Shown: in pieces, positions 33,667 to 42,988 of the stretch
How positions within the stretch are numbered: position 1 is the first letter of the stretch
How the letters are laid out: every line of letters begins with the position of its first letter
Origin: an uncultured cyanobacterium
GTDB taxonomy: Bacteria; Cyanobacteriota; Cyanobacteriia; Leptolyngbyales; Leptolyngbyaceae
Assembly: GCA_963766075.1 (NCBI GenBank)
Contig: CAVYAN010000086.1
Coordinates: forward strand, 1-64,000
DNA: 64,000 bases
Direction: 5' to 3'
The notes under the pieces: generated by a model
Database searches by the model: none
What the model was told of the DNA's origin: nothing
The model's input: the letters and a program-made list of their open reading frames with translations, nothing else
Position numbers and translations under genes: made by a program

Positions 33667-34491
33667 TTACCCAAGAATGTGGCCAGAGGCAAAGCTGCGG
33701 ATTTCGCCATTGGCTAATTTTAAGCACAGGTGGCCGCGATCGCTAATTCCCACAGCTTCCCCCGCAACCGTTTCTCTGCTGCACTCCAAGCGGATAAATT
33801 TCCCCAACAGAACATCTCGTTGGCGCAGATTTGGCAATATTGCCGCCAAGCTATCGCTAGGGGATGACTCACGCAATGACTCACCATTGGGAATAGATTG
33901 GCTGGTAGTGGATCGGCGATCGGCAAAGTTGAGCAGAGAATTACGTAATCCTTCCAGAATCAATAATTCTTCCGGAACTTCTGCGACCCAATGATGCCAG
34001 CTTGTTGCCCGGTTACAGAGGTCATCGCCAACGGCAATCGGATCAAAATTTGCGTGTCGGTTAATACCAATACCAATCACGACACTGCTCTGATTTTTGC
34101 CCGCAATGGTCACGCTTTCGCACAGGATTCCCGCCAATTTTTTGCCCTCGATTAGTACATCATTGGCCCACTTCCAGCCTAGAATCGGCGACAGTTCCGG
34201 GGAAAGTTCAGAAATTGTATTAATCACAGCCAGTCCCGCGATTAGGCTCAACCCCGACAGTTGGTCGGTGGGAATCCGGTGCAAAACAAAGCTGGCTGTT
34301 AAAACCCCTGGTGGGCTCTGCCAAAGGCGGCCAGACTGGCCCCGGCCAGCGGTTTGACAGGGCGTGACAATGGCATCGCCGTGGGCAAGCTGAGACAACT
34401 GTGCGATCGCCCAACTGTTAGTACTGGGGCAAGTATCCAGCCAATGCAACCAGTCTGGATGCTGTACTTGTAAAAAATCGGTGCTAGTCAT
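33667..34491 (-). CDS. birA: Biotin--[acetyl-CoA-carboxylase] ligase
   Basis: STN, QTAGRGQ, KWANDV, KKLAGIL, IGIGIN. Confidence 0.9.
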   Translation of the reverse strand: MTSTDFLQVQHPDWLHWLDTCPSTNSWAIAQLSQLAHGDAIVTPCQTAGRGQSGRLWQSPPGVLTASFVLHRIPTDQLSGLSLIAGLAVINTISELSPELSPILGWKWANDVLIEGKKLAGILCESVTIAGKNQSSVVIGIGINRHANFDPIAVGDDLCNRATSWHHWVAEVPEELLILEGLRNSLLNFADRRSTTSQSIPNGESLRESSPSDSLAAILPNLRQRDVLLGKFIRLECSRETVAGEAVGISDRGHLCLKLANGEIRSFASGHILG

Positions 34492-34524
34492 CCTGGCTCA
34501 ATGTTATGGTTTCCTAACTTAATA

Positions 34525-34554
34525 TTGATTCCGTAGTTTTCGATACAGTAATAT
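34525..34554 (+). promoter_or_regulatory. Sigma70-type promoter (TTGATT-N18-TAATAT) with an NtcA box GTA-N8-TAC in the spacer
   Basis: GTAGTTTTCGATAC at 34533-34546 lies between the -35 (34525-30) and -10 (34549-54). Confidence 0.65.
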
Positions 34555-34622
34555 AGATTCAGGTAGAGAACAAGCTACACTCCCGTCAAGCATCAGGGGA
34601 GTTATCAACGGAGTTATCAACT

Positions 34623-35093
34623 ATGGCAACCTTTTTCATCACACATCAAACATCCCTTCATCCTCAACTGGTCGCCAAGCACCAAGCCAATATCGCTGCG
34701 GCTCTGGCACACCGTTTGGAAAAGGCAAAAATGGCTCAAAATCTACAGCTTGTCGCGTTGCTAGAGCAAGAACAGCGGCAATTGCAAGGGCAGGTGCCCG
34801 GAGTGCAAGGGCTGTGGACGGCATCGGTACAATGGCTGGCGAACCTACGGGCGCAATTGGTACAGGCGGTCGCTGAGCCCGCTGAACTCTCAATCGAACG
34901 CATTGTGGGTGATTCGGGCCATGTATTACTGCGCGCTTACGATCCGGAAACCGGGGAAACGCGCTATGCCGAGACCGAGTCGGAAATTGTCGATTGGATT
35001 GAAACCAGCCGTGCTCGCGGGATGACTCCCGGCATTTTGGGCCTTTGGGGCTGGCAGCACAGCGCCCTGAACAGCGATCGCATGAATGGCTAA
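34623..35093 (+). CDS. Hypothetical protein with PirA(Ssr0692)-like N-terminal domain and unknown C-terminal domain
   Basis: HQANIAAALAHRLEKAKMAQNLQLVALLEQE resembles the PirA motif as I recall it; C-terminal RAYDPETGETRYAETESEIVDWIE. Confidence 0.7.
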   Translation: MATFFITHQTSLHPQLVAKHQANIAAALAHRLEKAKMAQNLQLVALLEQEQRQLQGQVPGVQGLWTASVQWLANLRAQLVQAVAEPAELSIERIVGDSGHVLLRAYDPETGETRYAETESEIVDWIETSRARGMTPGILGLWGWQHSALNSDRMNG

Positions 35094-35123
35094 ATCTGAA
35101 TACTCAGATCATCACCAATGCTC

Positions 35124-35153
35124 AGCCGCCTGCCGCGATCGCGGCGGGCGGCT
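35124..35153. terminator. GC-rich near-perfect palindrome centred on HIP1, between convergent genes
   Basis: AGCCGCCTGCCGCGA|TCGCGGCGGGCGGCT. Confidence 0.55.
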
Positions 35154-35176
35154 CAAACTATTCTGGGCTTTGCGAT

Positions 35177-36160
35177 TTACTCCACCCCCTCCGGCAGCAG
35201 GCCCTTGGCCGCTAGCCATTCCCGGTTAAACAGCTTGGATTGGTAGCGACTGCCGCCATCACACAGCACCGTAACAATGGTATGCCCCGGCCCCAGTCGT
35301 TTGGCTAAGGCCACTGCCGCTGCGACGTTAATCCCTACCGATCCCCCAACAAACAGGCCCTCCCGATGCAGAAGCTGGTACACCACCCGAATGGCCTCTG
35401 GGTCCGCCACCTGGATCGCATCATCTGTGGGAGCACCTGCCATGTTGCTGGTGACTCGACTGCTGCCAATGCCCTCTGTAACCGAACTGCCTTCGAGGTG
35501 GATTTCGCCAGTTTTAACATAGCTATAGAGTCCACTGCCCATTGGATCCGCCACCACGCAGTGAATCAGCGGATTTTTTTCCTTAAGAAATAGGGCAACG
35601 CCAGCATAGGTGCCGCCCGTACCTGTGGCCGCTACCCAGGCATCAACCGTGCCTGCGGTCTGTGCCCAGATTTCGGGCCCAGTGGTGGCGTAATGGGCTT
35701 GACGATTGGCCAAGTTATCAAATTGATTGGCCCAAATGGCATTTTCCATCCCAGCGGCAATGCTGCCCGATAGACGCACATAGTTGTTTGGGTCTTTGTA
35801 GGGAACGGCAGGCACGGTGCGAACTTCGGCCCCGAGGGTGCGCAGCAGATCAATTTTTTCCTGGGATTGTGTCTCAGGGATAATAATCAGGCATTTGTAC
35901 CCTTTGGCATTGCAGATATGGGCAAGCCCAATGCCCGTATTACCCGCGGTACCTTCCACCACGGTGCCGCCCGGTTTGAGCAGGCCCTGCTGTTCGGCGG
36001 CCTCGATGATAAATAGGGCCGCCCGGTCTTTAACCGACCCTCCGGGATTCATAAACTCTGCTTTGCCCAGAATTTCGCAGCCGGTTTCCTCGCTAAAGCT
36101 GTTCAGGCGAATCAGAGGCGTATTGCCGATCGCACCTACAAATCCATTAGTAATATCCAT
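35177..36160 (-). CDS. cysK: Cysteine synthase (O-acetylserine sulfhydrylase family)
   Basis: IGNTPL, NPGGSVKDR, EGTAGNTGIG, GTGGT. Confidence 0.9.
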   Translation of the reverse strand: MDITNGFVGAIGNTPLIRLNSFSEETGCEILGKAEFMNPGGSVKDRAALFIIEAAEQQGLLKPGGTVVEGTAGNTGIGLAHICNAKGYKCLIIIPETQSQEKIDLLRTLGAEVRTVPAVPYKDPNNYVRLSGSIAAGMENAIWANQFDNLANRQAHYATTGPEIWAQTAGTVDAWVAATGTGGTYAGVALFLKEKNPLIHCVVADPMGSGLYSYVKTGEIHLEGSSVTEGIGSSRVTSNMAGAPTDDAIQVADPEAIRVVYQLLHREGLFVGGSVGINVAAAVALAKRLGPGHTIVTVLCDGGSRYQSKLFNREWLAAKGLLPEGVE

Positions 36161-36387
36161 GCCACTTATACTGTCCTGTGCGGGTTACTTTCCGTGAATG
36201 ATTCTCCCCTATTTAGGACCATCACAGTCAGGCGATCGCACAATGTAGCACAGCAGACTGTCCCCCGCTACAAACGGGTCATGATTTCGTGGCACTCGGC
36301 GATTGTGTAAGGATTGGGGCGATCGTTGAGTGCCGAATATTCCGCCTGTTTTAGCAACTACACGTTTAGCGACTACACTTTTAGCGA

Positions 36388-37161
36388 CTACACGGCAACT
36401 AGCGCTTCTTGACCATGCTGCCGGAGCAGATCCATCAGTTCGTCGCGGTAATCGTGGAATACGGTTTGCCGCTTAACCATGGCATTGCGATGGGGAAGAT
36501 TGACGCTCATGACCTTGCGCACAGTGCCGGGACGGGATCCCAGGGCATAGATCCGGTTGGAGAGGAACACGGCCTCTTCGACATCATGGGTAATCATAAA
36601 AATCGTAATGCCCGTGCGCTGCCACAGGTCCAGCATGAATTCGTGCATGGATTCCTTGGTGTGGATGTCTAAGGCCCCGAATGGCTCGTCCATCAAAAGG
36701 ATTTTGGGCTCAGAAGCCAACGCTCGGGCGATCGCCACGCGTTGCTTCATCCCCCCGGATAATTCCTTCGGCAAACCTTTGGCAAATTTAGACAGCCCGA
36801 CCACATTTAAGTAATAGCTGGCCTGCTCGCGGCGTTCTTTTGGGGGGACGCCTTGAAGCTTAAGGCCAAACTCAGCGTTGGCTTGCACGGTCATCCAAGG
36901 ATAGAGGGTGTAGTGCTGAAAGACCATACCGCGATCGGGACCGGGAGCGGTGACACTTTTACCATCTACCTTGACTTCGCCAGTTGTAGGGCGATCGAGG
37001 CCAGCGATTTGTCGCAGCAACGTCGATTTTCCCGAACCCGATGCCCCCACCGCACAGATGAACTCCCCTTGCTCAATCGCCATATTAATGTCCTTAAGCA
37101 CCACCAGCGGCCCGTTCTTGGTGGCAAAATGCTTATTCAGCTTGTTAATTTCCAGAAACAT
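36388..37161 (-). CDS. ABC transporter ATP-binding subunit (NitT/TauT type), probable guanidine uptake
   Basis: GASGSGKST, LSGGMKQR, LMDEPFGALD; operon context. Confidence 0.92.
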   Translation of the reverse strand: MFLEINKLNKHFATKNGPLVVLKDINMAIEQGEFICAVGASGSGKSTLLRQIAGLDRPTTGEVKVDGKSVTAPGPDRGMVFQHYTLYPWMTVQANAEFGLKLQGVPPKERREQASYYLNVVGLSKFAKGLPKELSGGMKQRVAIARALASEPKILLMDEPFGALDIHTKESMHEFMLDLWQRTGITIFMITHDVEEAVFLSNRIYALGSRPGTVRKVMSVNLPHRNAMVKRQTVFHDYRDELMDLLRQHGQEALVAV

Positions 37162-37331
37162 TCGTCAAACCTCCATTGAAATGATGATGAGCGATGGACT
37201 TCAACCCGAGAGACAAACCGCAAATAAGGGTTCAAATCGGCTAGCTGAGCTGGCTTCACCTAACCCGCTTCGCCGAACCCGCTTCGCCAAAACCGCCCCG
37301 CCAAAACCGCTTAGAGCGATTTAGCAGGAAG

Positions 37332-38186
37332 CTAGCGCTTCTGACTGGCCCAACTGCACGACAGGCGTAGAAAATACTGAAATAGAAGGTCAAACGCTAA
37401 ACCAATCACCCCAATGACAATCAATCCGACAAAAATTTCGTCAGTTTTCAGAAACCTTCCCGCAACACTAATCCGACGCCCCAATCCTTCTGTGGCAGCA
37501 ATCAGTTCCGAAACAATTACAAGCTGCCATGCCGCAGCCAAGTTAATGCGACACGCATCCAAAATGCCAGGAAGCACGTAGGGGAAAATCACCTGCATCA
37601 GAGCTTCCCAGCGACTGCCACCCAGCATGTAAGTAGCTTCAATCAGATCCTTGGGCACAAACTTGACGGTATCCATGACCATCAGGGAATTAAAGAAAAA
37701 GACCCCCACGAAAATCAGCGTGATTTTGGGTTCTTCGCCAATACCGAGGTACAGAATGAGTAGGGGAATAAACGCCGGGGCAGGCATATAGCGGATTAAG
37801 CCAAAGAGCGGTTCCAGCAAAGCCCGAATGCTGGGAAAACTGCCCATCAGTACGCCGACGGGAATTGACAACAGGGCCGCAAACAAAAAACCAACGCCTA
37901 CCCGCCACAGGCTAGCCACAGTGTCTTTCAGCAGTTCACGGGTGCTCCAGAGGCGACCAAAGGCTTCTAGAACGCGCCCCGGTGAGGGCAAAAACTTGGG
38001 GTCAATGGTGCCAAAGGCGGTGACCGCCCACCAAAGCAATAGGGGGGCAGCAATTGAGGTGATGACGAGGATGGTATTCAAAGGCTTAGGAATATCTTCA
38101 GCCAATCGCCAAAAAACGGTGGAACGGATGGTTTTAGGTTTGATGAATGCCTGGATTGATCGGGGTGGGGTGGAACTGGGATTCAT
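37332..38186 (-). CDS. ABC transporter permease (NitT/TauT type), probable guanidine uptake
   Basis: FLPSPG, LIEATYMLGG, VSELIAATEGLG. Confidence 0.92.
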   Translation of the reverse strand: MNPSSTPPRSIQAFIKPKTIRSTVFWRLAEDIPKPLNTILVITSIAAPLLLWWAVTAFGTIDPKFLPSPGRVLEAFGRLWSTRELLKDTVASLWRVGVGFLFAALLSIPVGVLMGSFPSIRALLEPLFGLIRYMPAPAFIPLLILYLGIGEEPKITLIFVGVFFFNSLMVMDTVKFVPKDLIEATYMLGGSRWEALMQVIFPYVLPGILDACRINLAAAWQLVIVSELIAATEGLGRRISVAGRFLKTDEIFVGLIVIGVIGLAFDLLFQYFLRLSCSWASQKR

Positions 38187-38255
38187 AGTGTCCTGGAGAT
38201 AGGGTGTCCTGGAAATAAACAGCGGCAAAATCAACCCGCACTGGGTAGAAAGTGA

Positions 38256-39383
38256 TTAAGCCGATTTGGCATGCTTTTGGGCGTAGGCTTTAACAAAGCG
38301 ATCGTCAAATAGCAGCGTGGTATTGGGTTTGGTTTTAGCAAGTCCAACATCGGTCAGGAATTGACTCATCGTTTCTGCTGCGAAGAGTAATGAGGTCAGA
38401 TCCTTCCCCGGTTGGAAGGCTTTAAGATTTTCTTCAACGGTGAATAAGCGGGTGCCATCGGCATATTCTTTGTATTCATCCAGCGAAACCCCGGCGCGTT
38501 TGGCCATAATTTCGTAGGCTTGGGCTTGATTGGCCTTGATAAAGTCCAAGGTGGTGAACCAGGCATCGACGAGAGCTTGAACTTGTTCCGGTTTTTCATA
38601 GACGACTTTGCGAGTTACGACTAAATGGTCGGAAATGGCTCCCGGAAAGTCTTTTGAACTGAACAACTCTTTGCTGCCCGAACGCTTCAGAGCCTGCGTG
38701 GTAAATGGAGCAAAAACAGCAGTGGCATCGACTTGTCCCGCCACAAAGGCAGCAGCGGCTTTGCCCGTTTCTAACGGGACAAACTGAATATCCTGGGGAG
38801 AAAGGCCCGCTTTTTTCAACCCCAGCAACAGCAGAAAATGATCAACAGTGCCTTCTTCGGCGGCAACTTTCTTACCCTTTAAATCGGCAATGGTTTTAAT
38901 GCCATCCCGCACGATGATTTTGTCGTTGCCGGTGGAGTTGTCGTTGACTAAGACCACCACCTGCTCTGCGCCCCCCGAGACTGAACTCACGGTATCTCCG
39001 AGGGTTTGGCTGTTGGCGTCGATTTGGCCTGCTGTTAGGGTGCTAATCGACTCGAGATAACCATCAAACCATTTCAGAGAAACGGGAGCGTTTTTAGATT
39101 GAAAGATGCCCTGCTCTTGGGCTACTTGCCAAGGAAACCAACCGGGCCATGCACTAAACCCCAGATTGATGCTGCTCAGGTTACTGGAAACGGTGGCAGC
39201 GATCGCTTCGTTGGGAGTGGTGGTTTGAATGTAAACAGCAGGATTCGTGCAGCCTACGGTCAAGGCCGCCCCCAGCAGAAACAGGAGGCTGCACAGTAAA
39301 CCCGATCGCGCACGGCTAAGCAACGTGGCAACCTTAAGTAGAGGAGCAAACTGACGTGGAGCGGCAAACGTCGGCACTTTCAT
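38256..39383 (-). CDS. ABC transporter substrate-binding lipoprotein, probable guanidine-binding
   Basis: Lipobox LTVGC; FSAWPGWFPW, DNSTGNDKII. Start chosen at the ATG with a GGAG SD. Confidence 0.9.
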   Translation of the reverse strand: MKVPTFAAPRQFAPLLKVATLLSRARSGLLCSLLFLLGAALTVGCTNPAVYIQTTTPNEAIAATVSSNLSSINLGFSAWPGWFPWQVAQEQGIFQSKNAPVSLKWFDGYLESISTLTAGQIDANSQTLGDTVSSVSGGAEQVVVLVNDNSTGNDKIIVRDGIKTIADLKGKKVAAEEGTVDHFLLLLGLKKAGLSPQDIQFVPLETGKAAAAFVAGQVDATAVFAPFTTQALKRSGSKELFSSKDFPGAISDHLVVTRKVVYEKPEQVQALVDAWFTTLDFIKANQAQAYEIMAKRAGVSLDEYKEYADGTRLFTVEENLKAFQPGKDLTSLLFAAETMSQFLTDVGLAKTKPNTTLLFDDRFVKAYAQKHAKSA

Positions 39384-39479
39384 AGGGGACTCCAAGAGTT
39401 TTGAAATCGGCATTTTGAGATCGAGCAATATCCGGCTGCGCTTTCGCAGCACTCTACCAACAAAGCCACATTGCATTCG

Positions 39480-40184
39480 TTATGCGTGAACAGTTGCCCG
39501 GTTTGGGTGGTTGATGGGAGTGAGGCGATCGCGCACCCAGTTCAACCAAACCTCTAACCCTGCCCCAGTCTTGGCGGAAACGGGAATAATCGCACAATTG
39601 GAATTCATCTGCCGAACATTGGCAATAATTTGATTCACATTCACATCCAAATGTGGAGCCAAATCCATTTTGGTAATGAGTAGGCAGTCGGCCTGCTGAA
39701 ACATCACCGGATATTTCAATGGTTTATCATCCCCTTCGGTAAGGCTTAACAGTGCCACCTTGGCATGTTCGCCCACCTCAAACTCGGCAGGACAAACGAG
39801 ATTGCCGACGTTTTCGACCAGCACCAAGTCAAATTCCGTCGGGTTGTATTCATCTACAAAGCGATGAATTCCCCCGGCCACCATCTTGGAATCGAGATGA
39901 CACGAGCGTCCGGTGTTAATCGCAATGACAGGCACCCCAGTTTTGCGCAGGCGATCGGCATCCAATTCGGTTGTCATATCGCCTTCAATCACCGCGATTT
40001 TGAATTCCGGTGCCAGGGCCGTGAGGGTACGCTCTAAAAGCTGCGTTTTGCCAGCACCCGGACTACTCATGATATTGAGGCAGGTAATCCCCCATTCGTC
40101 AAAATGGGCGCGATTGTGATCGGCTCCGGATTGGTTGGCATGGAGTAGGTTGATTTCGAGCGCGGCGTCTAGGGTTTGGTGCAT
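39480..40184 (-). CDS. hypB: HypB-like Ni-delivery GTPase (guanidine hydrolase accessory)
   Basis: [34 protein letters not shown]. Confidence 0.93.
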   Translation of the reverse strand: MHQTLDAALEINLLHANQSGADHNRAHFDEWGITCLNIMSSPGAGKTQLLERTLTALAPEFKIAVIEGDMTTELDADRLRKTGVPVIAINTGRSCHLDSKMVAGGIHRFVDEYNPTEFDLVLVENVGNLVCPAEFEVGEHAKVALLSLTEGDDKPLKYPVMFQQADCLLITKMDLAPHLDVNVNQIIANVRQMNSNCAIIPVSAKTGAGLEVWLNWVRDRLTPINHPNRATVHA

Positions 40185-40263
40185 AGAATTTGGGGGAGGA
40201 AGGGGTGAAGGAGAAATAGGAGCACCGCGAAATCTTTAATTCTATGTAGCGGTGCTGGGCTGG

Positions 40264-40626
40264 CTAGAAGTCAGCACCGATCGCATACTCTAAGCGATCA
40301 ATTTTGAGTTCTCGTCCAGAGCGGATATCATCCATGGGCGATCGGCAGTCGGGGCAGGCATATTGCAACCCGATTTCGGGGCGGTACTCCTGCTGGCAGG
40401 TATGGCAAAAGGCAATCAGGGGCGTCTCATGAATGACTAAGGTGGCTCCTTCCAGAAAGGTATTGCGGGCCTGCACTTCAAAGGTGAACTGCAAGCTGAC
40501 GGGTTCAACACAGGTGAATTGGCCCACGGTGAGATGTACCTGGGAAATTTGGCAGGGTTCAGGCTGACTTTCCCACCACTCTTTCACGGTCAAAATTAAC
40601 GCCTTAGTCATGTCGGTTTCGTGCAT
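40264..40626 (-). CDS. hypA: HypA-like Ni metallochaperone (guanidine hydrolase accessory)
   Basis: MHE N-terminus, two CxxC motifs, GREL. Confidence 0.93.
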   Translation of the reverse strand: MHETDMTKALILTVKEWWESQPEPCQISQVHLTVGQFTCVEPVSLQFTFEVQARNTFLEGATLVIHETPLIAFCHTCQQEYRPEIGLQYACPDCRSPMDDIRSGRELKIDRLEYAIGADF

Positions 40627-40636
40627 GGCGCGGTCC

Positions 40637-41836
40637 TCAGGTCCATGGGGCATCCACAGCCATATTGGCTTCTGGATGAATGTAGGCGGGCTTTTGGGTG
40701 CGGGGTAGCTGTCCGGATACCACTAAATGAGCCATGGCGTCGCAGATTACGCGGGTGGCCATCAGGGAAGTCATGTCGCTGACATCGTAGGGGGGAGAGA
40801 CTTCCACCACTTCCATGCCGCACACAGGTGCTCGCTGGATGATTTTGCCTAGGAGGGCCAGGGCTTCCCGAGGCAGAAGGCCACCGGGTTCGGGCCAGCC
40901 GGTGCCGGGGACAAATCCGGCATCAATGCAGTCAATGTCAAAGCTGATCCAGACGCAATCGGTGCCGTCCAGAGCGCGTTCGAGGGCAAAGTCTACCGCA
41001 GCGTCAATGCCCCGTTCCACAATGTCGGTGACGGTGAGAATGTTGGTGGCGCGTTCGCGACAGACTTTAACGCCTTCTCGGGGCACCTGCCAACCGCCAA
41101 TGCCCAGTTGCACCAGGTTTTTGGCCGGGGCGTTTTTCATGTTGGTGGCGTGGAACCAGGGGCAGGTGTGCATCCGTTCGTCGAGGTCGGTTTCCTGGGT
41201 GTCAACGTGGCGATCGAAGTGAATGATGCCGACTTTTTTGTCGCCCAGATGCCGACACACGCCGCGCACGGTGGGAAAGCCAATGGAGTGATCGCCGCCG
41301 AGAATAATCGGAAAAGCGCCCGAGCTAAAGATGTGGGCGATGCCTTTGGAGATCTGATCAAAGGATTTCTCATTGTTGGCTGGAATCGTGAAGATGTCGC
41401 CAACATCACAGAGGGTAATCTGTTCCCGCAGGTCCACGCCGAGCTCAAAGTTGTAGGGGGTATAGAGGGCGGAAATGCGGCGAATGCCTTGGGGCCCAAA
41501 GCGGGTGCCGGGACGATAGGTCGTGCCGGAATCATGGGGGACACCGACGATCGCCACGTCGTACTCGCCGACTTTGCGGACATCTTCCAGATAGGGCGCT
41601 TTCATGAAGGTGTTAATCCCCGCGTAGTGGGGTAATTCTCCGCGAGAGAAGGTGGGAATGCGGCGATCGCGGATGCTATCCGCCGCCTCTAACCCATAGG
41701 TCAACCCCTGATCCACTTCCTGTTGCCATCCGGTTAAGGGCAACCGAGCCTCTTTTTCGAGGGCTCGTTGAGCTTCGCTGGATGAAGCGGCATCCGGTGT
41801 TTGAAACAAGGGATTTTCCGAGGAATTTTGAGTCAT
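40637..41836 (-). CDS. gdmH: Ni-dependent guanidine hydrolase (ureohydrolase family)
   Basis: GVPHDSGTTYRPG, GGDHS, HFDRHVD, HTCPW, SFDIDCID, GTGWPEPGG; preceded by a guanidine-I riboswitch and followed by hypA/hypB. Confidence 0.92.
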   Translation of the reverse strand: MTQNSSENPLFQTPDAASSSEAQRALEKEARLPLTGWQQEVDQGLTYGLEAADSIRDRRIPTFSRGELPHYAGINTFMKAPYLEDVRKVGEYDVAIVGVPHDSGTTYRPGTRFGPQGIRRISALYTPYNFELGVDLREQITLCDVGDIFTIPANNEKSFDQISKGIAHIFSSGAFPIILGGDHSIGFPTVRGVCRHLGDKKVGIIHFDRHVDTQETDLDERMHTCPWFHATNMKNAPAKNLVQLGIGGWQVPREGVKVCRERATNILTVTDIVERGIDAAVDFALERALDGTDCVWISFDIDCIDAGFVPGTGWPEPGGLLPREALALLGKIIQRAPVCGMEVVEVSPPYDVSDMTSLMATRVICDAMAHLVVSGQLPRTQKPAYIHPEANMAVDAPWT

Positions 41837-41889
41837 GGAAGTGCTCTCAAAGCAGTAATGATGTGTAGAAAAATCAGAAAAGTGAATAC

Positions 41890-41946
41890 GGAAAAGCCCA
41901 GGAAAATTCAGGCTGGTTAAACAACCTAAATTTCTCCCGGGCTTTT
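41890..41946 (-). terminator. Riboswitch expression-platform terminator hairpin
   Basis: AAAAGCCCGGGAGAAATTTAGG...CCTGAATTTTCCTGGGCTTTT; the 5' arm is the aptamer 3' end. Confidence 0.8.
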
Positions 41947-42084
41947 CTCCCTCCGTGTAGTCAGACTCGCGATCGCAACACCCATTCAGGATAGGGGCGA
42001 GTCCAGTGACCGACCCCTCTCGGACCAAACACAACGCTCGCAGTTGTCCATAACTACTTACCTTGCTGGAACCCTAGGGGTCTC
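41934..42084 (-). ncRNA. Guanidine-I (ykkC-yxkD) riboswitch
   Basis: CTAGGGTTCC...TGGTCCGAGAG...ACACGGAGGGAGAAAAGCCCGGGAG; P1 GACCCCT/AGGGGTC. Confidence 0.95.
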
Positions 42085-42105
42085 TAAAATATTCAGTTGA
42101 TGAGA

Positions 42106-42147
42106 ACAATACCAATGAATAAACCCCAAAAGTGTATCGAAAGCAAC
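42106..42147 (-). promoter_or_regulatory. NtcA-activated (class II) promoter of the gdmH operon
   Basis: GTT-GCTTTCGA-TAC (42147-42134), exactly 22 nt, then TATTGT -10 (42111-42106). Confidence 0.8.
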
Positions 42148-42284
42148 GAATTTCCGAGCAACCTAACGGTCCATCAGGAAGCTATCATGATCGGGGCGAC
42201 AACTCACCCTAAGGATTAGGACGCCAATCGGCCTCTAATTCAAGTTCTAATGTAGATATAGAATTCCTGAGATATAGAATTCCT

Positions 42285-42905
42285 GTGGAACAGCACGAAG
42301 AAATTACGATCGCTGAATATCAGGCCACCGCCGCGAGCTTTCGCGACGGCACCTGGGACCATGATGTGTCGCAAAACCGCAATGCGCTGATCGCGGCCCT
42401 ACCTCGTCACCCCGGACGCATTTTGGACCTGGGCTGTGGGCCGGGACGCGATTTGGTCGCCTTTCAGCAATTGGGCCATGAAGTCGTCGGGCTTGATGCG
42501 ACCCCTGCCTTTGTCGAAATGGCCAAAGCGGTGGCGGGCTGCGAAGTTTGGCAGCAGAATTTTCTTAACCTGGAATTGCCCGATCAGTATTTTGATGGGA
42601 TTTTTGCTAATGCGTCACTCATCCATGTGCCCCAAGCGGAGATGGTGCGGGTATTGCAGGATTTGGGGCGATCGCTGGTACCCCAAGGAGCCCTGATGAT
42701 GTCCATGGTGCGCGGCGACAGCGAAGGGTTTGTGCCCCGAGCTACAGGCTATCGCTACACCGCCGGTTGGGAATACGACACCCTAGCCCCCTGCCTGGAA
42801 GCCGCTGGATTTGAGATTCTGAACCATTACTACCGTCCGCCGGGATTGCCGATACACCAACAGTCCTGGGTGGTGATTGTGGCCAGAATATTGCCCACCC
42901 ACTAG
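42285..42905 (+). CDS. Class I SAM-dependent methyltransferase
   Basis: ILDLGCGPGRD, FDGIFANASLIH, YYRPPG. Confidence 0.9.
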   Translation: MEQHEEITIAEYQATAASFRDGTWDHDVSQNRNALIAALPRHPGRILDLGCGPGRDLVAFQQLGHEVVGLDATPAFVEMAKAVAGCEVWQQNFLNLELPDQYFDGIFANASLIHVPQAEMVRVLQDLGRSLVPQGALMMSMVRGDSEGFVPRATGYRYTAGWEYDTLAPCLEAAGFEILNHYYRPPGLPIHQQSWVVIVARILPTH

Positions 42906-42988
42906 GGGCCAAAGAACTCCGTCAATTACAGGGAATAGTGTCCCGTTAGTGTGGTGTCCCTTATGCAGGTCATCATTTGGCAACATCT

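Noticed and set aside
37200..37320. tRNA suggested by GGTTCAAATC
   Set aside because: The surrounding sequence does not form a cloverleaf; it is tandem-repeat intergenic DNA.
39480..41836. Hydrogenase maturation locus plus agmatinase
   Set aside because: No hydrogenase or other hyp genes nearby; the riboswitch and the GTGWPEPGG/HTCPW motifs point to guanidine hydrolase with its Ni chaperones.
41837..42034. 66-aa N-terminal extension of gdmH in the ORF track
   Set aside because: It runs through the riboswitch and terminator; the ATG at 41836 is the plausible start.
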